Below are positions 51,201-59,549 of a stretch of DNA of 64,000 nt, piece after piece (within the stretch, counting starts at the first letter, position 1; the number at the start of each line of letters is the position of its first letter). Origin of the DNA: an uncultured virus (IMG/VR IMGVR_UViG_3300020358_000003) (Duplodnaviria; Heunggongvirae; Uroviricota; Caudoviricetes). The DNA is taken from the IMG/VR virus record IMGVR_UViG_3300020358_000003; one strand, given 5' to 3'. The position numbers were made by a program, and so were the translations under genes. The notes beneath the pieces were generated by a model, which had not been told where the DNA came from, made no database searches, and worked only from the letters and a program-made list of their open reading frames with translations.

Positions 51201-53735
51201 ACATTTAACAGTACTGTAAATGTTGCTGCTGGTGCTACAAACGGTATTCATTTTCCAGATGAAGCATTTGCTTCTGATGCTGATGACCAAGCAAGAATAT
51301 ATTTGATTGATAGTCCAAACGCATCTGGGAATCAAATTTTAACAATAGAAGTAAAAAATGACAATACCGATTTAATCAACCTTAGTACTCCAGAGTCTGA
51401 TGGTAATGGAAAGGGTATGAAAGGGTTACGTCATAATATGAAATCAATATTCTCTGAGGGATATTTAGATATTTCATACGATGACAGTCCTAGTTTGGGT
51501 GGAAATTTAAATATCAAAGAGTATAAAATATTTAGTAAGCCTTCAGATGATGAGTGGGAAGGAGATAAACCAACATTTGAGTTTGATTACGATGAAGCAG
51601 CAGATGATACAAATAGTACCTTATTATCTAGTTATAATTCAATATATAACTTTTTAGATATTACTAATAACTCAACTGGAAAATATTTTGGAATTTGGAA
51701 TAATAAAAATCCATATAGTGATACCGTAAATTCTGGAAATTCAATCTTTAGAGTAGATGAGAATGGGGATGTTAATGTAACTGGAGTATTTAATACAGTT
51801 ACTACAGATGGACTTACGGAAGGATCAACAAACCTTTACCACAGAGATAGTAGAGCAATTATTGCTGTACAAAATAAAATATCTGTAACTACTGTATCAG
51901 CGGCTGGTGGGGGTGCATTATCGTGGACACCTTCACCAGATGCTGTTCAAGATGGTATTCTTAATTTTACGCCAGCACTTTCTCATAGCGTCACTACTAG
52001 TGATCCTGATGGAAGCACATCTACTTTAGCATATGATGCTTCAACTGGAGCATTTACATTTAAATCTGCAAAAATATCAGATATTGTAGATTCAACACTT
52101 GAAAATATTAGTGTGGCAAATGCAACTCCTAGTGGAAATGCAAGTTCTCTTGCATATAATAGTGGTACTGGAATTATTACTCTAACACCAGCGGATATTC
52201 CAACAACAGCAAAAACATCTATTTCTGTAACTAATGACGCAAGTAATAGAGAAGCAGGTGGCGAAATAAGTTATGCTGAAGGTACTGGTGTAATAACATT
52301 TAAAAAGGATTATCTCTTATCAGTCACTAATGCAACACCATCTGGTACAGGAAGTCTTGCTTATAATGGAACTGGTAGTTTTACTTTCACACCACCTTCT
52401 GCTGGTAATGGGTTAACTGTAACGACAAGTGCGGCACAATCTAGAGTACCAGCGGCATTATCACATTCAAATGGAACATTTACATTTAGACCAGCGGAAC
52501 TATTTCCACCAATATCAATCATAGATACACCATCTATACCATCTCATGGTGAAGGAAGTTTAGCATATGATTCCGCAACTGGTGTTTTAACGCATCTTAG
52601 AGCGGCGACAGTAAATCTTTTAAATTTTAGAGGAACTACAGATTCTGATAATGCTGAGTTTGGAAAAGTAGGTACAATTAGTTTTAGTTCTGATTCTAAT
52701 TATGGAATTGGTACTTTTAAATTAACTCCTGGATATTTTGCTACCAATATAGATTCGTGTCTGGACACTACTTTAACTATACCACATGCTGGGGAAACCA
52801 TGGGCCAAGTTTCGGCAGCAGTTGTTGCTACGAAACCTTCTGTGATGATGTTGGATAGTAGTGCTGCTATAAAGTTTTCAAATAGAAGAATAAGTTTAGG
52901 TGATTTAGTTAATGTGGCAGATAGTGCTAATGCCGCTCTTGGTTTTGTATTAACAAAAACACATCAAGGGTATGCAGATGCTACACCACACGGTTCTAAT
53001 TTTGAATTTAAAGCACTACCTTCTTCAATAGGATTAACAGATTTAAGTGTTACTGGCCTTACTAGTGCAGATGATGTTAATGGAAATATTGTTTATGACA
53101 ATACTAATGGAGAATTTTCTTTTAAACCACCATTTTTTATTGGTAGAGTTACAGGCGGTAATGGTGGGACTACTACACCAGATGCACATAATGGAATTGT
53201 GACTTTTGCTGCTGATGGCTCAAGTGGTTTAACTGTATCAGCAAGTGGACAAACAGTAACAATTGATGCTTCAAGTGTAGGTGGGTTCTCTGTTGACAAT
53301 AACGCAAATAATAGAATCGTCACTGCAACTGGTAGTGGCGGTAACGCTGAAGCAAATGCTACTTTTGATGGTTCAACATTAGCGATTGCTGGTGCAATCA
53401 CTGCAACTGGAAATATTAGTGCAGAAGGGAATGTTATTGCTGCTGCATCATCAGATTTAAGACTTAAAGACAATTTGGAAAAAATTGATAATGCTCTTGA
53501 AAAAGTTAGCAGATTAAATGGATATACATTTACTTGGAATGAAAAAGCAGATAAAATTTTCTCATCTAAAAATGATGTAGGTGTTGTAGCACAAGAAGTT
53601 GAAGAAGTTCTACCAGAGATTGTTATAGATAGGGCAGATGGTTATAAGGCCGTTTATTATGAAAAATTAGTTCCTTTATTGATTGAATCAATCAAAGAGT
53701 TAAAGGAGAGAATTGAAGAACTGGAGAAAAGATAA
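48255..53735 (+). CDS. Large fibre protein (1826 aa) with C-terminal S74-like intramolecular chaperone
   Basis: SDLRLKDNL...GYTFTW...GVVAQEVEEVLPEIV...VYYEKLVPLLIESIKEL; LAYDxxTGxFT fibre repeats; DS decapeptide array. Confidence 0.85.
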   Translation: MKNDILKYIIHPQGITGTLDLRDNAEIEFPFNTISVTIGIDLDQTFEQNRAWKPVTIDGVDVSSDYPYFRPNNYVWEYTSTIPTDPIFSDVVIQTYSSSNENTAKNDMWSDINQPTYQGIKLKLKIAPSDIILGSNSGVVISSGSEDSSTGLTDSSKSNSVFSGLVADSGRFNDLYADSAYFKYLRADSADIKWLRADSVDIISLRADSGYIKQLTSDSGYFKYLRADSGYISQFRSDSAKISFLNVPKLSGDSASIQSELRVGRYVFDAGEWDSNDLLTDINALAKDDFGGIYYTQPDSISGIREKFAHVKYDQIDKKWQFFPNLNISDLDSSGVVDSENAVSKSSNMPFGEGENGQFLFYDKFQKKYDWDYIVTSGKFVFDSDQLSNALKNIPADLGSDSDKAESLKQYFDYKFYSHGDEKFIESGGNLILVQSNIDNLNSFNNHDKIKSARVNNQNTYVYLDSNNHTFNTTNLDSDRLNITSKIQKINKSINGVYSNSPSQSYTLQATFSAVDSEKQTGAMGILVGLIKSGLDEKTLTVLRSTRQDGMFDSDIDMVKTRDDYPFNFELVYNAGQADETVINMGRIVEAPPINTDASWDSSGHVVIKVQKRDYSLVIETSQFGDSSIDPLTTKRIDLYDNLGIPSEVDYLDLREFGNPVHYGFAFDKISNATVKDILFSEGVEGLNQTDANTVVDLQNKTAYIYFDSDKALDFGVSKGYHQTDSDGFGGPIVGGDIITGRLYHNPELGATWYQDPYSTFQIGQVQSKAQQKLLDGVKLFIAGGYDGDKRRTIEKDDLGLEGIDNSFIKNEKGITLTVFTDIGDLVSTTNYDIDATVDTSGVVAQQMATDLTALRNGGTNNICVITSFGNWKYTDSFLIAELKEHGLVKLSAAGTAAIGNYQYAAIFQLGSKSKVYEVAEFADSINQAMIRVFILNKTFFLIGGETNSNSALTNFRGTIIAETTGANDLKLSGGVIATTPSTFNSTVNVAAGATNGIHFPDEAFASDADDQARIYLIDSPNASGNQILTIEVKNDNTDLINLSTPESDGNGKGMKGLRHNMKSIFSEGYLDISYDDSPSLGGNLNIKEYKIFSKPSDDEWEGDKPTFEFDYDEAADDTNSTLLSSYNSIYNFLDITNNSTGKYFGIWNNKNPYSDTVNSGNSIFRVDENGDVNVTGVFNTVTTDGLTEGSTNLYHRDSRAIIAVQNKISVTTVSAAGGGALSWTPSPDAVQDGILNFTPALSHSVTTSDPDGSTSTLAYDASTGAFTFKSAKISDIVDSTLENISVANATPSGNASSLAYNSGTGIITLTPADIPTTAKTSISVTNDASNREAGGEISYAEGTGVITFKKDYLLSVTNATPSGTGSLAYNGTGSFTFTPPSAGNGLTVTTSAAQSRVPAALSHSNGTFTFRPAELFPPISIIDTPSIPSHGEGSLAYDSATGVLTHLRAATVNLLNFRGTTDSDNAEFGKVGTISFSSDSNYGIGTFKLTPGYFATNIDSCLDTTLTIPHAGETMGQVSAAVVATKPSVMMLDSSAAIKFSNRRISLGDLVNVADSANAALGFVLTKTHQGYADATPHGSNFEFKALPSSIGLTDLSVTGLTSADDVNGNIVYDNTNGEFSFKPPFFIGRVTGGNGGTTTPDAHNGIVTFAADGSSGLTVSASGQTVTIDASSVGGFSVDNNANNRIVTATGSGGNAEANATFDGSTLAIAGAITATGNISAEGNVIAAASSDLRLKDNLEKIDNALEKVSRLNGYTFTWNEKADKIFSSKNDVGVVAQEVEEVLPEIVIDRADGYKAVYYEKLVPLLIESIKELKERIEELEKR
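48750..49020 (+). repeat. Decapeptide DS array (ADSxYxKxLR)
   Basis: ADSGRFNDLYADSAYFKYLRADSADIKWLRADSVDIISLRADSGYIKQLTSDSGYFKYLRADSGYISQFRSDSAK. Confidence 0.9.
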
Positions 53736-55303
53736 TGGTAAAGTTGAGGATGGTTAATTTATTTGATGCAAATGATCCAGGTCTCAGTTTAGATTCTATA
53801 GACGAAGTTTTTCCTTCTGGTAGTTCGGTAAACCACACCTTAACTGATTATTATAGAGGTGGAAGTTATGTCTCAGCAAATGAATCAATTTTAATTCCAA
53901 CAAGCGGTGAGATATCAATACTAGATTTTCAAGGTGCTGGTGATGGAATAGCAGAACCATTTAGAACACATTGGGGTGCAATAGTCACTGGACAATCTGG
54001 GGAAAACATTAGTGCAACTGTTTCATATGATATAACTCCACCAGCGCATTTCGCTGGAAAACATTTTGGATGTATTATTGTTGCTGGCGGTGGGGGTGCT
54101 GGAATTGCGCCGGGTGGCGGCGGTGGCGGTGGATCAGTAGTTTATATACCAAAAGGAATTCCATTTAATGCTGGAGATCAATGGAAATTTGAGGTTGGTG
54201 CAGGAGGTGCAGGAGGATCAACAGGTGATGGTGCAATTGGTGGTTCAACAAAATTAAAGGTAAAACCAAGTGGTGGAAGTTCTTATGAGGTTTTTGTGCA
54301 AGCCAATGGCGGTAAAAGTGGTGATGGTCTAACAAATAATTCTGGCATCGCTGGGGATGGCGGCATTGTTGAATTGTTTAACACGACACACAAGAGAAGT
54401 CAAAATAGTATATTCAATGATTATCCAGATAATGATGATATTCAAACTTCAACAGGCGGTGATGGTGGTATTATAGTCGCGTTTGCTGGCGGTGATCACG
54501 GCGGCGGGGGTGGTGGAGTAGGTGCATTTAATTATATATTTGGTCCATGGTCAAGTGGAACAGTTTTAGACCCTGTTGGTGGAAAAGGTTTTGGGGCAAG
54601 TGGTCAAACTCCTTCTAATGGAAATGGTGGTACTGGAGTTCTTGCTGCTGGTGGTGGGGCAAGAGGTCCAGTAGTATCACCATCAAGTGCAAGTAGTACT
54701 AATTTTCAAAGAAATTCTGGTGGAGGTATTTTTGATTCTTCCTACGATATGGCAACAAAGTATACAATGGATAGAGGTATGATTACAGGTGTTGCAGAAA
54801 CTGGGTTTCAAGACGCCCAAGGTATTCCTTTTGGAACATCTAGCACTGTAACAACTGGAAACATATCAATGAAAAAGAATGTTTTTGTCGGTAATTCAAA
54901 TACAAAAAATACACGAAATTCTTACTTTAAACTTACAAACACTAATAAAACTGATGGTGCTAAAGATGGTGGTGAAGGTTCTCACTCAAAGGCAGGTGGT
55001 CATGGGATTTATGGTGGAAAAGATGGAAATGCAAGAGAAACAGGAACTACTAGTGATGGTGGTTCTGGATCACATGGTAGAATATATAACCCTAAAAACT
55101 GGGGTGGTGGTGGCGGTGGTGCTGCTGCATTTGATGGAAGTACAGGAGCATGGGGAGTTTGCGGTGGTCCTGGAATTGCTATGATATTCGGCTCAACACC
55201 TTCAGTAGATAGTGCGTTTTTAACGGCAGAAGGAACAGAATTGATTATACCACATATATTTCCCACAGCAGATGGGTATTTTGATAGTGATGGATGGCAT
55301 TAA
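53735..55303 (+). CDS. Glycine-rich fibre-tip adhesin candidate, paralogue of 5949..7235
   Basis: LTDYYRGGSYVS...IPTSGEISILDF N-terminus and many poly-Gly loops; TAATG-coupled to the fibre. Confidence 0.65.
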   Translation: MVKLRMVNLFDANDPGLSLDSIDEVFPSGSSVNHTLTDYYRGGSYVSANESILIPTSGEISILDFQGAGDGIAEPFRTHWGAIVTGQSGENISATVSYDITPPAHFAGKHFGCIIVAGGGGAGIAPGGGGGGGSVVYIPKGIPFNAGDQWKFEVGAGGAGGSTGDGAIGGSTKLKVKPSGGSSYEVFVQANGGKSGDGLTNNSGIAGDGGIVELFNTTHKRSQNSIFNDYPDNDDIQTSTGGDGGIIVAFAGGDHGGGGGGVGAFNYIFGPWSSGTVLDPVGGKGFGASGQTPSNGNGGTGVLAAGGGARGPVVSPSSASSTNFQRNSGGGIFDSSYDMATKYTMDRGMITGVAETGFQDAQGIPFGTSSTVTTGNISMKKNVFVGNSNTKNTRNSYFKLTNTNKTDGAKDGGEGSHSKAGGHGIYGGKDGNARETGTTSDGGSGSHGRIYNPKNWGGGGGGAAAFDGSTGAWGVCGGPGIAMIFGSTPSVDSAFLTAEGTELIIPHIFPTADGYFDSDGWH

Positions 55304-55321
55304 TTTGAAAAAACTATTTTG

Positions 55322-55329
55322 TATAAATA
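55322..55329 (+). promoter_or_regulatory. T4-type late promoter TATAAATA
   Basis: Exact consensus followed by an AAGGAG SD. Confidence 0.8.
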
Positions 55330-55353
55330 ACAGTATAATAAGGAGATATTGAA

Positions 55354-55665
55354 ATGGAAGATGACAATTTTGAAGTAGAGAATGAGACTAATGATACTAT
55401 GGAAGATGACCATATTAATAGTGATTTTGAAGCAGAGATAGAAGATGAGGATATTAATAGTGATTTTGAAGCAGAGATGGAAGATGAGGATTTTGAAGTA
55501 AGAGATGAAACTTCTGATATGATTGACGCTATCTATGATGGTAACCTTAGAGTTGCTGGTGAAGTTTTTAGCGATATGCTTGGGGATAAAATCAAATCTG
55601 CTTTGGATGTAGAAAGAATTTCCATGGGCCAAAAAATGTTCGCAAATGCATCATCTGAAGAATAA
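55354..55665 (+). CDS. Acidic prohead core protein (gp67-like)
   Basis: Very acidic, with MIDAI...A..VF...L.DKI..ALD pattern. Sits between gp20 and gp21. Confidence 0.7.
   Translation: MEDDNFEVENETNDTMEDDHINSDFEAEIEDEDINSDFEAEMEDEDFEVRDETSDMIDAIYDGNLRVAGEVFSDMLGDKIKSALDVERISMGQKMFANASSEE
55412..55489 (+). repeat. 39-bp tandem duplication (INSDFEAE(I/M)EDED)
   Basis: atattaatagtgattttgaagcagagat(a/g)gaagatgagg, two copies with one mismatch. Confidence 0.9.
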
Positions 55666-55670
55666 ATTTA

Positions 55671-55678
55671 TATAAATA
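55671..55678 (+). promoter_or_regulatory. T4-type late promoter TATAAATA
   Basis: Exact consensus, intergenic. Confidence 0.8.
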
Positions 55679-55711
55679 CACTATAGATTAATAAAAAAGA
55701 GTTATAATTTA

Positions 55712-55906
55712 ATGAAAACTTTTAAAGAATTAAAAGAAAACCTACTAATTGAAAAATCTATGAAAATAGATGGTGCTAAAGTTGATATTAAAAAAGTAGG
55801 AAAAGAATTTAAAGTTGAGATTGATGGTGAGCATCTGGATAATTATAGTTCAGAAAAAGAAGCGATCACCATGGCAAAAGAATTCATTAAGCAATATAAA
55901 GGATAA
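55712..55906 (+). CDS. Small protein in the gp68 position
   Basis: MKTFKELKE N-terminus typical of T4-like head-associated proteins; directly before gp21. Confidence 0.6.
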   Translation: MKTFKELKENLLIEKSMKIDGAKVDIKKVGKEFKVEIDGEHLDNYSSEKEAITMAKEFIKQYKG

Positions 55907-55909
55907 GAC

Positions 55910-56560
55910 ATGAAACTAATTGCTGAGTACTGTGACGGTGCATTAGATTTAATCACTGAAGCAAAAGAAAATGGTGAAAAGTCTTATCAAATAGAAGGCG
56001 TTTTTGCACAAGCAGAGGCGAAGAATAGAAATGGTCGTATGTATCCAAAGCCTATTATGGAAAATGCGATCAACAAATATGTAAAAGAACAAGTTAAAAC
56101 TGGACGCGCTGTAGGTGAGTTAAATCATCCAGACGGTCCAACTGTTAACTTGGACAAGGTATCCCATCGTATTACTGACCTCAAGTTTGAGGGAAATGAT
56201 GTGATGGGTAAAGCACTTATATTAGATACTCCAATGGGTAAAGTTGTAAAAGGTTTACTTGATGGTGGGTGTCAACTGGGTGTTTCGACTCGTGGTATGG
56301 GAAGTCTTGAGAAACGTAATGGAATAATGGAGGTTAAGGATGATTTTATTCTTAACACCGTTGACATTGTTCAAGACCCAAGCGCACCTAACGCTTTTGT
56401 TAATGGTATAATGGAAGGTGTAGACTGGGTATGGGATAATGGAATGATTAAACCTCAAGAAATTGAAAAAATAGAGACTGAAATAAAAAGAACTCCATCA
56501 AAAGGTTTGCAAGAAGCGCAAATTCGTGGGTTTGAAAATTTCCTCTCGTTGCTGAAATAA
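55910..56560 (+). CDS. gp21: Prohead protease gp21
   Basis: NRNGRMYP, GELNHP, LGVSTRGMGSL, DIVQDPSAPNAFV. Confidence 0.96.
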   Translation: MKLIAEYCDGALDLITEAKENGEKSYQIEGVFAQAEAKNRNGRMYPKPIMENAINKYVKEQVKTGRAVGELNHPDGPTVNLDKVSHRITDLKFEGNDVMGKALILDTPMGKVVKGLLDGGCQLGVSTRGMGSLEKRNGIMEVKDDFILNTVDIVQDPSAPNAFVNGIMEGVDWVWDNGMIKPQEIEKIETEIKRTPSKGLQEAQIRGFENFLSLLK

Positions 56561-56573
56561 AAAGGAGTCAAGT

Positions 56574-57656
56574 ATGACTGATCAAACACAAGACCAGGAA
56601 CTTGAGGTCCATGATGACAACGAAATTGTGGAATCTCACGAAGAAGTAACTGAAGCATCACTTTCAGATGATCCAGAAGGTGCGGAAGATAATTCTGTAC
56701 AATCTGTTCAGAAAGCGGCTCAAGTTACTAAAAAAGCATCTCCACCTAAAACTAAGGCGGGTATGGTTAATGCTATGACTGATAAAATGAATGGTATGAA
56801 AACCAAGACTGAAATCAAAGCAGCATATGAAAAAATGATGGGTGAAGAAATTGAAGTAGATATGGAAGAAGAAACAATGGTAGAAGATACTTCTACTGCT
56901 GATTTGGAAGTCCTTATTTCTACTGATGAATCTCTATCAGAAGACTTTAAAGCAAAAGCAAGTACAATTTTTGAGGCAGCACTTACTACAAGAGTTGCAA
57001 CTAGAGTTCAAGAATTGGATGAGGCATTTGGTGAAAAAGTCACATCTCTGGAAGAGCAATACGCTACAGAGACTGAAGAAGCAATCAATGAAGCAAAGGG
57101 TGACCTTGTAGACAAGATTGATTCTTATTTAAACTACGTTGTTGAACAATGGATGGAAGAAAACCGCATTGCTGTAGAGCAAGGTATTCGCACGGAAATC
57201 GCTGAAGGCTTCATGGGTAAGTTGAAAGACTTGTTCACGGAATCTTACATTGAAGTTCCAGAAACCAAAGTTGACTTAGTAGACCAACTCGCTGAAGAAG
57301 TTCTAGAATTAGAAGAACTTTTGAATAAGCAAACCCAAACCAATGTTGATATGAACGAAACAATTTCTAATTTGAAGCGTTCTGCTATTATTGTAGAAGC
57401 ATCATATGATCTTGCTAGTACTGAAGCATCAAAATTGGAAAAACTGGTTGAAGGCGTAGAATTTGAAAATGAAGATAATTTCAAATTTAAAGTTGACACC
57501 ATCAAAGAGTCTTACTTCAATGGAAAACCAGCAGTTTCACCTGCTGCAATCGTAGAAGAAACACTTACAGAAGAAACCCAAGAAGATACGGATGTAGATG
57601 TAAACGTATCAGATAGCATGGCTAAGTATGTCGCTGCTATTAAAGCAAGTAACTAA
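56574..57656 (+). CDS. gp22: Prohead scaffold gp22
   Basis: LSEDFKAKASTIFEAA, DSYLNYVVEQWMEEN, LKDLFTESYIEVPE; acidic coiled coil. Confidence 0.93.
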   Translation: MTDQTQDQELEVHDDNEIVESHEEVTEASLSDDPEGAEDNSVQSVQKAAQVTKKASPPKTKAGMVNAMTDKMNGMKTKTEIKAAYEKMMGEEIEVDMEEETMVEDTSTADLEVLISTDESLSEDFKAKASTIFEAALTTRVATRVQELDEAFGEKVTSLEEQYATETEEAINEAKGDLVDKIDSYLNYVVEQWMEENRIAVEQGIRTEIAEGFMGKLKDLFTESYIEVPETKVDLVDQLAEEVLELEELLNKQTQTNVDMNETISNLKRSAIIVEASYDLASTEASKLEKLVEGVEFENEDNFKFKVDTIKESYFNGKPAVSPAAIVEETLTEETQEDTDVDVNVSDSMAKYVAAIKASN

Positions 57657-57668
57657 GGAGTATCCATT

Positions 57669-59021
57669 ATGGAAATGAACTACAATCAATTGATTGAAAA
57701 GTGGGCCCCGGTTCTCAATGAAGAATCTGCTGGTTCCATCCAAGACAAGCACCGCAAAGCAGTTACTGCTGTTGTGCTTGAAAACCAAGAAATTGCTTTG
57801 CGTGAGCAAGCAACACAACAAGGTGGTTTCGGTCAACTGACAGAAGCAGCACCAGCAAACAACACTGGTAATGTTGCTAACTGGAACCCTGTACTTATTT
57901 CGTTGGTTCGCCGCGCAATGCCAAACATGATGGCATATGACGTATGTGGTGTTCAGCCAATGACAGGTCCAACTGGTCTGATTTTCGCAATGAAATCAAC
58001 CTATGAAACAACTCGCGGTGGCGCGACTGCTGACAATGAAGCACTCTTTAGCGAAGCGGTAACTGCTTTCTCTGGAGATTCTGCTGCAAGCATGGTAAAC
58101 GATGGTTCTGGTCTTTCTGGTGTAGGAGATTCAGCATCAGGTGACTCGTCTATTGACAATAACCGTAATGATCCTGCTGTTGGTACAACTGGAATGACTC
58201 TCGCCAATGGCGAACTTCTGGGTACAACTGGCGCAAGCGCATTTGCTGAAATGGGTTTCACCATTGAAAAAGCAACTGTATCTGCCAAAACACGCGCACT
58301 GAAAGCGGAATATTCGCTTGAACTCGCACAGGATTTGAAAGCAATTCATGGTCTGGACGCTGAAAGCGAACTCGCCAACATTCTTTCAACTGAAATCCTT
58401 GCGGAAATCAACCGCGAAGTAATTCGTACCATTAACTCACAAGCAAAAACTGGTGCATCCACTGGTAACACCTTGTTGAATGGTATTTTTGATCTTCAAA
58501 CAGATGCTGATGGTCGTTGGAGCGTTGAGAAGTTTAAAGGTCTCATGGTTCAAATTGAGCGTGAAGCCAATAACATTGCCAAAGAAACTCGTAGAGGTCG
58601 CGGTAACTTCATCATCACATCTAGTGATGTTGCATCGTGCTTGGCAGCAACTGGTATGTTGGATTATGCTCCAGCAATGTCAACCAACTTGAATGTTGAT
58701 GACACTGGTAACACATTTGCTGGTGTTCTTAACGGACGCACAAAAGTATATGTTGACCCATATGCCACTATTGACTACATCACTGTAGGTTACAAAGGTA
58801 CAAATGCATATGATGCTGGTATCTTCTATTGCCCATATGTACCTCTCACAATGGTTCGCGCCGTTGGTGAGAATGATTTCCAGCCAAAAATCGGTTTCAA
58901 AACCCGTTATGGTATGGTATCAAATCCATTTGTTGGTGGCACACCAGCAAACGGTCTTGCAACAAAGCAAACAAACCAGTACTACAGAATCTTCAGAGTG
59001 GACAACATTCTGGGTGCATAG
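57669..59021 (+). CDS. gp23: Major capsid protein gp23
   Basis: GVQPMTGPTGLIFAMK, RALKAEYSLELAQDLKAIHGLDAE, FYCPYVPL, FQPKIGFKTRYG. Confidence 0.99.
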   Translation: MEMNYNQLIEKWAPVLNEESAGSIQDKHRKAVTAVVLENQEIALREQATQQGGFGQLTEAAPANNTGNVANWNPVLISLVRRAMPNMMAYDVCGVQPMTGPTGLIFAMKSTYETTRGGATADNEALFSEAVTAFSGDSAASMVNDGSGLSGVGDSASGDSSIDNNRNDPAVGTTGMTLANGELLGTTGASAFAEMGFTIEKATVSAKTRALKAEYSLELAQDLKAIHGLDAESELANILSTEILAEINREVIRTINSQAKTGASTGNTLLNGIFDLQTDADGRWSVEKFKGLMVQIEREANNIAKETRRGRGNFIITSSDVASCLAATGMLDYAPAMSTNLNVDDTGNTFAGVLNGRTKVYVDPYATIDYITVGYKGTNAYDAGIFYCPYVPLTMVRAVGENDFQPKIGFKTRYGMVSNPFVGGTPANGLATKQTNQYYRIFRVDNILGA

Positions 59022-59033
59022 TATTGCACAAGA

Positions 59034-59061
59034 AGGGCGAAACAACTAATGATTTCGCCCT
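59034..59061 (+). other. Hairpin in the gp23 3' UTR
   Basis: AGGGCGAAA-10 nt-TTTCGCCCT, a perfect 9-bp stem. Confidence 0.6.
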
Positions 59062-59074
59062 CTATAAAACTTTT

Positions 59075-59102
59075 AAAACAGTGCTTCGGCACTGTTTTTT
59101 TT
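59075..59102. terminator. Rho-independent, probably bidirectional terminator with a cUUCGg loop
   Basis: AAAACAGTGC-TTCG-GCACTG-T8, between the convergent gp23 and minus-strand genes. Confidence 0.92.
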
Positions 59103-59109
59103 ATGATAA

Positions 59110-59448
59110 TTAGGAAGAAAAACCTACCTTGACAGTTTTTCCATTATGGGGAGAAACATTCAAAGCCATTTCCTTTTGAAAATCACGATAGTCTTTATCA
59201 TCATCTTCCATACTCTCTAACCATTCATCAACATTTGTATTTGAAGAAGGATACTCTTTCCAACCCAAAGTGTTTTCACAAAATGCAGCCATTACAAAAG
59301 CAACAGCATCTTGCTCACGTTCAACGTCAGAAACAATATAGGTATTTCCACCTTTGAACTTCCAATAGGCATTTCCACTTGAGAATTTTCCATCCTCTTC
59401 ATGTGAGCCATAATTTTCCAGAACTTGTGTGTGAACTACAAAAGTCAT
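59110..59448 (-). CDS. Hypothetical protein, the only credible minus-strand gene
   Basis: Fills the gap between the terminator and gp3. AGAGAG purine-rich SD, TTGACA upstream, ENYG...YWKFKGG motif. Confidence 0.8.
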   Translation of the reverse strand: MTFVVHTQVLENYGSHEEDGKFSSGNAYWKFKGGNTYIVSDVEREQDAVAFVMAAFCENTLGWKEYPSSNTNVDEWLESMEDDDKDYRDFQKEMALNVSPHNGKTVKVGFSS

Positions 59449-59508
59449 ATGATTCTCTCTTTCTATTGATTACAATTATAATTACTATAAGTTTATGGGT
59501 ATGTCAAG

Positions 59509-59516
59509 TATAAATA
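59509..59516 (+). promoter_or_regulatory. T4-type late promoter TATAAATA for the gp3-uvsY-uvsW operon
   Basis: Exact consensus; abuts a minus-strand TTGACA (59502-59507). Confidence 0.75.
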
Positions 59517-59549
59517 CAGATATAAACGGATATAATTGGATATAATCGG

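Noticed and set aside
4742..55303. Diversity-generating retroelement acting on the fibres
   Set aside because: No reverse transcriptase is present. Duplicated segments differ at synonymous sites rather than specifically at adenines.
58804..59049. Frameshift or readthrough extension of gp23
   Set aside because: There is no slippery heptamer near the stop, the shifted frame adds only about 10 aa, and readthrough would run into the terminator.
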